From the NCBI GenBank assembly GCA_050178795.1, contig JBFXFT010000003.1, forward strand, positions 3,955 through 67,954: a stretch of 64,000 nucleotides of DNA. The letters run 5' to 3'. The position numbers and the translations under genes were made by a program. Position 1 is the first letter of the stretch, and every line of letters begins with the position of its first letter. Source of the stretch: Spirochaetales bacterium. GTDB taxonomy: Bacteria > Bacillota > Clostridia > Christensenellales > UBA1242. The notes below the pieces were generated by a model. The model was not told where the DNA came from, did not search any database, and saw only the letters and a list, made by a program, of their open reading frames with translations. Positions 57,915-64,000 of the stretch are shown here, one piece after another.

Positions 57915-58760
57915 ATGAAAAATAGCAAAAAAAAATTAATACAACAAAAGGAACTTCAGGACGCAAAAGGGCTTACGCGCAAAAAGCACAAATTTAACTT
58001 AAACCCTAAAACCTTTTTCATAATAAAAATTGTCTTGATTGCGCTAGTTCCAATATTTTACTTTGTATATTCTCCTTTACTATTTTTGATTATGCTGGCT
58101 TGGATCGGTTTATTCTTTTTATCAAATATCGCCGAAAAAAATATGAATAAAAGTTTTATTAAGTCAAGGCAAATTCATATTTCCAAATTTGACAGCGCCA
58201 TTGCCTTAATAATTATAGTCATATCTATAGTCGGTGTAAGTATGAGCGGAATGAATAAGGTAAAAGAGGGCTCTTTTGCCGAGATGGACCAAACTACCGT
58301 ACACGAATTTGTAATGAATGACGATATGATGGGTGCAAGACAGAATAATTGGTGGCGCTCTTTAGTCAAAAAACTTACCAACCTTGGCTCGTTACTTACT
58401 GGCGAGCGCTCAATATTTACCAGCGCACACAATTTTGGACTAGTGGCACCACCCGATGACTTTGTACCACCTACGGATATGGATATGTCTGATATGCCAG
58501 AAATGCCTACTAGAAACACAGAGTTTAACATTGATGATGTGCCAATTCAATATATGTTTTCGTCCATACTATCTTCTGTTAATTCGTTTTTAATATTCTT
58601 AGTTCCTAGCATTGGCGCAATATCTCTATTAGTCGTTTACAAAAATAAAAAGCGAATGGATAAAGAAGAAAATGAAGTAATATTTGAAGATAAACTTTTA
58701 ATACTATCAGATGAAGAAATTGACCGAATACTATCCTTTGGTGAAGATGTAAACAAATAA
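57915..58760 (+). CDS. Membrane protein co-transcribed with the ABC transporter
   Basis: About 4 TM segments; Met/Pro/Asp-rich loop; AAGGA RBS. Confidence 0.7.
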   Translation: MKNSKKKLIQQKELQDAKGLTRKKHKFNLNPKTFFIIKIVLIALVPIFYFVYSPLLFLIMLAWIGLFFLSNIAEKNMNKSFIKSRQIHISKFDSAIALIIIVISIVGVSMSGMNKVKEGSFAEMDQTTVHEFVMNDDMMGARQNNWWRSLVKKLTNLGSLLTGERSIFTSAHNFGLVAPPDDFVPPTDMDMSDMPEMPTRNTEFNIDDVPIQYMFSSILSSVNSFLIFLVPSIGAISLLVVYKNKKRMDKEENEVIFEDKLLILSDEEIDRILSFGEDVNK

Positions 58761-58787
58761 AAAAAGCAAGTTTAAAACTTGCTTTTT
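58759..58787. terminator. Bidirectional intrinsic terminator
   Basis: AAAAAAGCAAGTTT-A-AAACTTGCTTTTTT. Confidence 0.8.
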
Positions 58788-58812
58788 TGTTTTAATATTG
58801 GTGCTATAATTT

Positions 58813-59085
58813 TTATCTATCAGCCTTCCTTCTGTTATTTGCAATACTCAATGGTTGTAAATTACTTATATCATCACTTCCGCCCCTTGCAAGCGGAATT
58901 ATGTGGTCAATATTCCAACCCAATTCACTATGCTCATTTCCATAAGCACTCTTTTGGATTTCAGTGCCATAGACATCTAATCTGCGCATATTAGGGTTTT
59001 CACCGTTAATTTTTCTTGCCTTATCCCAAACTCTATGTGCTAATTCTGTCAATTTTTTCCCATCCCTATTATTTGTATTATTCAT
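58813..59085 (-). CDS. Stand-alone HNH endonuclease
   Basis: GWNIDHIIPLARGGSDDISNLQPL...NNRRK; AGGAGG RBS. Confidence 0.88.
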   Translation of the reverse strand: MNNTNNRDGKKLTELAHRVWDKARKINGENPNMRRLDVYGTEIQKSAYGNEHSELGWNIDHIIPLARGGSDDISNLQPLSIANNRRKADR

Positions 59086-59485
59086 TTTTAATACCTCCTT
59101 ACGAGAAAATCAATTATATAATAATGCAATTAAAAATAAATCACAACTGTATTTTCTCACTTATTTTTTTCGTTAAATTTTTTTGTTTTAAAATTGTAGA
59201 TTAAATGCCAAATATGTAGAAATTTACACATTTAACATAAATATACCCTTAAATTAGAACAAATAATCTATAAAAATACATAATTTCGCCAAAAGTTTAT
59301 ACATATTATACAAAATTTTGCATAAAAATACAAAATGCCGTATATTGATTGACTTGCCCTTAATTATATAGTATCATTAGTTTAATTAAATTAAAGTAGC
59401 CTTTTAAGTGGCTATTAAAATTTGCATATTTATTATTTAAAAAGGCTTTATCTGATAACAATTTTACGGGAGAATTGATGTAAAA

Positions 59486-62400
59486 ATGAGTTTGAATAAC
59501 ATAATTTTTATTGTGAATATTTTAATTACCTTGTTTCTCGTAATTGGTATTTTGTGGGGCATAAAACGTGGCACTGTAAAATCATTTTTAAGACTTAGTT
59601 TTCTAATATTTAACTGTATATTTTTGCTTATAGTTACTCCCGCTGTTTCAAAACTAATCTTAAATTTAGATTTTTCTTTTTTTGTAACGATAGTAAAAGA
59701 CGGTCATTCTTTTACCTCATTAAATGAACTAATAAATTACTATTTGTCAAGCAATCAAACGCTTGTAGACTTAATTGCAAACAACAGTATTATCGCTTCG
59801 TTTGTAGATAAAATACCTCTAGTTGTTATAAACTTTGTTTTATTTATAGGTGGTTATTTTATTTTAAAATCTTTAACACTTCCAATTTATGGCTTAATTG
59901 CCAACAGAATTGCAAACAACATTGATAAAAAGAGGGGCGTTGACCCAGAGACATATAAAAAGAGTTTTAAAAATAAGTTTTTTGGAGCTCTTTTAGGCAT
60001 GTTCCAAGGTGCACTTACTGGTATGATACTTTTCCTACCAGCTTCTACCATATCTTTCATTTTTAGTACCGATGTTGCAAGTTCCTTTGCGATAAACAGC
60101 AACATATCAATAACCGCTCAATACGCAGTTGCAACGGCACCTACGACTAGCACATATAATGCATATTCAACCAATGAAGAAATTAATAACTTCTTAACCA
60201 TTTACTATAATACTCTACTATCAAATACCATTAACACTATGAAATTAAAGTCACTTAATGAACTTATCTTTACAGAGTTATCTTCAATAAATGTAAATGG
60301 AGTAAAGATTAGTTTGGTTGGCGAAATACAAAATGCAACTGAATTAATAGCAGAGGGACAGGCACTACTTAGTGATTACGATATAACAGAACTTGACGCA
60401 GTAACAGAGGCTGACTGGTTAAACCTGGCTGCAACAATCAACTATGACGATCTAGAACAAATACTTACAAACTTGTTTGAGTTAAAGTCCTTAAAACTTA
60501 TGGGAAACGACGTACTAGACTTTGTATACAAAGAAGTAGTACAAAAAGATGGCTCACTAGAACAACTTAAATCAGCAATGCCAGAAGACCTAAGCACCTT
60601 AATAGATAGTTTACTTTCATCATTTACTTCTGGAGACATAGAAAGTTTAAAGACAGATATATTTAACATATTTGACACCTTAAAAACTCTACAAGCAAAC
60701 GGATTACTAGATTCCTTTAAAGACCCTGCAATATTAAACAAAATAGATTATTCAATTAAAAATAGTGACGAAAAAATGGTACAAGAAGTAATAGACACAA
60801 TTTTAAGCGACATAATAAACACCTTGCACCCTTACACAGAAAAAGAAATAAAGACAAATGTAGTAGACAAATTAATATACTCTCAAACAGTAAAAAGAAT
60901 TATGCCAGACCTTATGAACTTGTTGATAAATGCTTTAAACAGTTCGTTAGATATAGATTTAGACAATGTAACAAAATTAAACATATCTTGGTCAAATGAA
61001 TCAACAAAAATAGCAAAAATACTATACCAAGCAAAAACAGTTGGCTATTCAATGCTACCAGTTCTAAATGGAGATGTTGAATTTGGCTTAAACGAAGAAA
61101 CTTTAAAATTAATACCTGCAAACTCAGTTGGCAAAATAATAAACCTACTTAGCGAAAGTCAACTATTTGGCGACTTATACTACGACGCCGCTTATCAAGT
61201 AATAAATAACTACATTGAAGAGGAAACTGGTCAAGAAATTTCATTAGAGTTTATTGAAATTGAAGATGTGGACTGGCAACAAGAACTAGTTGCAGCACAA
61301 GACTTCTTACTAAACTTAATTCAAACAAGCAACCAAATTTCTAGTAGCACAAGTTTAAGTGCAGCAAGCTTAACCTCTTTACAAAAAGCAACAGAAACAC
61401 TATTCACTTCGCCACTAGTGCAAGAAGCAATATATCAAATGGCTAATGTGCTACCTGGTATAATAACAAAAAATTTAAACTCTGAAACAATATCTGAAAC
61501 TGACGGTACACTAATAAACAACATATTGACAGACTTGCAATCTATGACCGTTCAAGAAATTCAACAAGACTTATTAACATTTATACCGCTATATCAAGAA
61601 CTTGAACTTTTAAACTTTACAAGCCTTGACGACATATTTAGCCTAAGTCCAGCACAAATTACAGAAATTGTTACTTCAGTTGCAAACTCTAACATTGGCA
61701 AAAGTTTAATGCCTGAGATGATTAATTTAATAATAGAAAAAGTCAATCAAACATTAGATACTAATATAGTATATATGAGTAATTACTCCTCACTTAGCAG
61801 TGCAGATACTCAGAGATTAGGCGTCATAGCAAACGATGTACTTAGTGCCATTAATAGTCTACGAGAGATTGATTTGACTACACTAAACGTTGACGACCTA
61901 CTTGTAGCAATTCAAAATAGCGAAATAGAAAAACTTGGCGATGCACTTAACAACTTCAAACAAATTGAAATTTTTAGACCATTATATTTTAGTATAATAA
62001 AACAAACACTTTTAAACAAAGAACTCTTAGAACAATATGTCCCTGCCGAATTACTTGAATATGATACTTTGACAAACGAACAAATAGGCAATATTGACTG
62101 GCTAAGCGAAGTCAATATGGTTAAAGATGCAACGTACATTGTACAAAATGTAAGCAAACTTCAAACTGAAGAATTTGACAGCACAATGAGAGTAGATAAC
62201 TTCTTAAAGCAATATGGCAACAACATTTTATTAAATCTGGGATTCATAAACGGCATCAATTACTTATTCCCTTATGTAGACATTAACTTACTAAGAGCAG
62301 TAAACTTAGTAAATAATGCCTCCACCATTAGTGGAGTGGCAGAGATAGTATTCATTTACCTAGACTTTGAGTACAACGGTTTAACAAATGTTACTGCAAC

Positions 62401-62887
62401 ACAAGAGTACAGAATATTGCAAGCAATAAAGAGCCTGCAAGGCAACACGACAATATTAAATCTTGCGGCAAATTTAAGTAATACTCCTAGCGTTGCAACA
62501 ATTAATTACACTTCAATTGCCCCAGCAATAACAATACTTGCTGACATGTTAAACGGAGATAGAGTTAACATAAAATCGCTTTACTCTTACATAGACACAA
62601 TAAAACCACTTATCCCTTGGATTTCTGAACTCGTTAAAAGGTTCTCACACGGCTACAAACTTCCATACTTCCTAAATGTATATATGGATGTACTTGGAGC
62701 GAGCGTACAAGTTTACTCTATACACCTTGGTCAAAGCTCTATGACTACCAACACTGGTGAAAGTAAGACGATGACGACAGAAGAAATAGACGACTTGCTT
62801 GAATATTTGGCATTGGTACCAAGTTTTGTAACGATGCAATTTGTATACGATTCAACATTCGTGCAACCAAGTACATACCTAGGTTAA
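59486..62887 (+). CDS. Large membrane protein with CvpA-like N-terminal TM domain and long helical region
   Basis: WGIKRGTVKS...NKFFGALLGMFQG CvpA-like pattern; repeated I.W..E motifs. Confidence 0.6.
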   Translation: MSLNNIIFIVNILITLFLVIGILWGIKRGTVKSFLRLSFLIFNCIFLLIVTPAVSKLILNLDFSFFVTIVKDGHSFTSLNELINYYLSSNQTLVDLIANNSIIASFVDKIPLVVINFVLFIGGYFILKSLTLPIYGLIANRIANNIDKKRGVDPETYKKSFKNKFFGALLGMFQGALTGMILFLPASTISFIFSTDVASSFAINSNISITAQYAVATAPTTSTYNAYSTNEEINNFLTIYYNTLLSNTINTMKLKSLNELIFTELSSINVNGVKISLVGEIQNATELIAEGQALLSDYDITELDAVTEADWLNLAATINYDDLEQILTNLFELKSLKLMGNDVLDFVYKEVVQKDGSLEQLKSAMPEDLSTLIDSLLSSFTSGDIESLKTDIFNIFDTLKTLQANGLLDSFKDPAILNKIDYSIKNSDEKMVQEVIDTILSDIINTLHPYTEKEIKTNVVDKLIYSQTVKRIMPDLMNLLINALNSSLDIDLDNVTKLNISWSNESTKIAKILYQAKTVGYSMLPVLNGDVEFGLNEETLKLIPANSVGKIINLLSESQLFGDLYYDAAYQVINNYIEEETGQEISLEFIEIEDVDWQQELVAAQDFLLNLIQTSNQISSSTSLSAASLTSLQKATETLFTSPLVQEAIYQMANVLPGIITKNLNSETISETDGTLINNILTDLQSMTVQEIQQDLLTFIPLYQELELLNFTSLDDIFSLSPAQITEIVTSVANSNIGKSLMPEMINLIIEKVNQTLDTNIVYMSNYSSLSSADTQRLGVIANDVLSAINSLREIDLTTLNVDDLLVAIQNSEIEKLGDALNNFKQIEIFRPLYFSIIKQTLLNKELLEQYVPAELLEYDTLTNEQIGNIDWLSEVNMVKDATYIVQNVSKLQTEEFDSTMRVDNFLKQYGNNILLNLGFINGINYLFPYVDINLLRAVNLVNNASTISGVAEIVFIYLDFEYNGLTNVTATQEYRILQAIKSLQGNTTILNLAANLSNTPSVATINYTSIAPAITILADMLNGDRVNIKSLYSYIDTIKPLIPWISELVKRFSHGYKLPYFLNVYMDVLGASVQVYSIHLGQSSMTTNTGESKTMTTEEIDDLLEYLALVPSFVTMQFVYDSTFVQPSTYLG

Positions 62888-63012
62888 ACGACTAAAAAAT
62901 TAATAATATAATTATTGCCTTATTGCCAGCTTATGACACCCCAATTTGGGGCAATCTGTTGACTATAAGGCAATAATATGTTATCATTCTACGGTGGAGA
63001 TTTTTTATTAAA

Positions 63013-63699
63013 ATGCAAAAAGAATTTAATGATAATTTTAAATATGAACACATAAAAGCGATTATCTTTGATTTTGATAAAACACTATATTTTTCCAAAG
63101 ATTTGGACGACTATTATACTAAGTTTATTAAGGACACAATAGTTAAACTTGGTGGCTACAATGAAGAAGAGGCTTTAAAAATTATGGAAGAGTATGGTTT
63201 TATTGGAGACAAAAAAAGACCTTCTTTTGCTAAAACCTGCTGCAACTTTGGAATAAGCAAAGAAAGTTGGGACGCTTACAGAATAGAAAACTTCTTTGAG
63301 TTTGACTATGAAAATGCAGACGTAGTAAGCAATGCCACTCTACAAAGACTGGCGCAAAAATATCCACTATTTCTAGTTTCAAACGAAGTGAAGAAAAACT
63401 TGATAACAAAGGCTAACAAACTAAATATTGAACTTTCTCACTTTTCAAACATTTTTGCTCCAGACGCTACAGAAATAGACACTTACCCAACTAAAAAAGA
63501 AATATATAAACTTATAGGTGACAACTTAAATTTAACTTATAACTCACTATTTGCAATTGGAGACAGGCTACTAGTAGATGTGCAACCTTTACTGGAACTT
63601 GGCGGGTCGGGCATAATTATTACCCACCCAGACCAAATAAACGAAATATGTGATGAAATTATAAAAAAATCTACTAATGATAAAGAGGTGCTTTACTAA
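63013..63699 (+). CDS. HAD family hydrolase
   Basis: FDFDKTL motif I, VSN, IGDRLLVD. Confidence 0.88.
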   Translation: MQKEFNDNFKYEHIKAIIFDFDKTLYFSKDLDDYYTKFIKDTIVKLGGYNEEEALKIMEEYGFIGDKKRPSFAKTCCNFGISKESWDAYRIENFFEFDYENADVVSNATLQRLAQKYPLFLVSNEVKKNLITKANKLNIELSHFSNIFAPDATEIDTYPTKKEIYKLIGDNLNLTYNSLFAIGDRLLVDVQPLLELGGSGIIITHPDQINEICDEIIKKSTNDKEVLY

Positions 63700-64000
63700 T
63701 GAATAATGATATGTCAAATGTGCAATTAGTTATTTTAATGGGAGGAAACGCAACAAGGCTTGCTCCCCTAAGTTATAGTTTACCAAAAGGTCTGCTTAGC
63801 ATTAACCAAAGACCAGCAATTTTTAATATGATATCTGCCTTTATTAAAAAAGGTTTAAAGGATATTACATTTGTAACAAGTCCAACAAATAACAAAACTA
63901 TTAAGGACTTCTGCAACAAGGCTTATAGCCGTTTAAATATTAAATATGTAATACAAGAAAACCCACAAGGTCCATTGCATGCATTCGCGCAAGCAGAACC
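63699..64000 (+). CDS. Sugar-phosphate nucleotidyltransferase (partial)
   Basis: Manual translation MNNDMSNVQLVILMGGNATRLAPLSYSLPKGLL...; start overlaps the HAD stop; runs off the window. Confidence 0.85.
   Translation, partial: MNNDMSNVQLVILMGGNATRLAPLSYSLPKGLLSINQRPAIFNMISAFIKKGLKDITFVTSPTNNKTIKDFCNKAYSRLNIKYVIQENPQGPLHAFAQAE

Noticed and set aside
321-62157. Numerous antisense or overlapping ORFs in the track (e.g. 321-710, 5106-5552, 15616-15918, 24005-24337, 43067-43369, 58175-58531)
   Set aside because: They lie opposite well-supported genes and show no motifs of their own; typical shadow ORFs
1-64000. CRISPR array, rRNA, IS/transposase or prophage structural genes
   Set aside because: No regularly spaced repeats or diagnostic motifs seen

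Overview
This is an AT-rich chromosomal window from a low-GC Firmicute (Clostridia-like by my impression; TGA is used as a stop). Housekeeping genes (valS, aspS, argS, metK with a SAM riboswitch, nagB, tRNA-Thr, an OmpR-type two-component system plus a MacB-like ABC transporter) are interspersed with many ORFans. The main signal is a ~20 kb minus-strand operon (14555-34316). It encodes six proteins with SipW-type 'YAWF'-like signal peptides, including two paralogous pilin/TasA-like subunits and a 2792-aa BspA-type LRR adhesin. It also encodes a membrane-anchored paralog and two SipW peptidases that bracket a membrane-tethered McrB-like AAA+ NTPase and a nuclease-less DUF2357/coiled-coil partner. 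This looks like a restriction-system motor repurposed for surface-fibre assembly. The second major signal is an unannotated poly-Asn leader peptide with an attenuator in front of a non-discriminating-type aspS, where Firmicutes normally use T-boxes. Other oddities are a XopQ/HopQ1-like nucleoside hydrolase, a split HipA pair in reversed order, a Thg1-like protein and a tandem active/dead metallophosphoesterase. Family assignments come from motif recognition only; no database searches were run.
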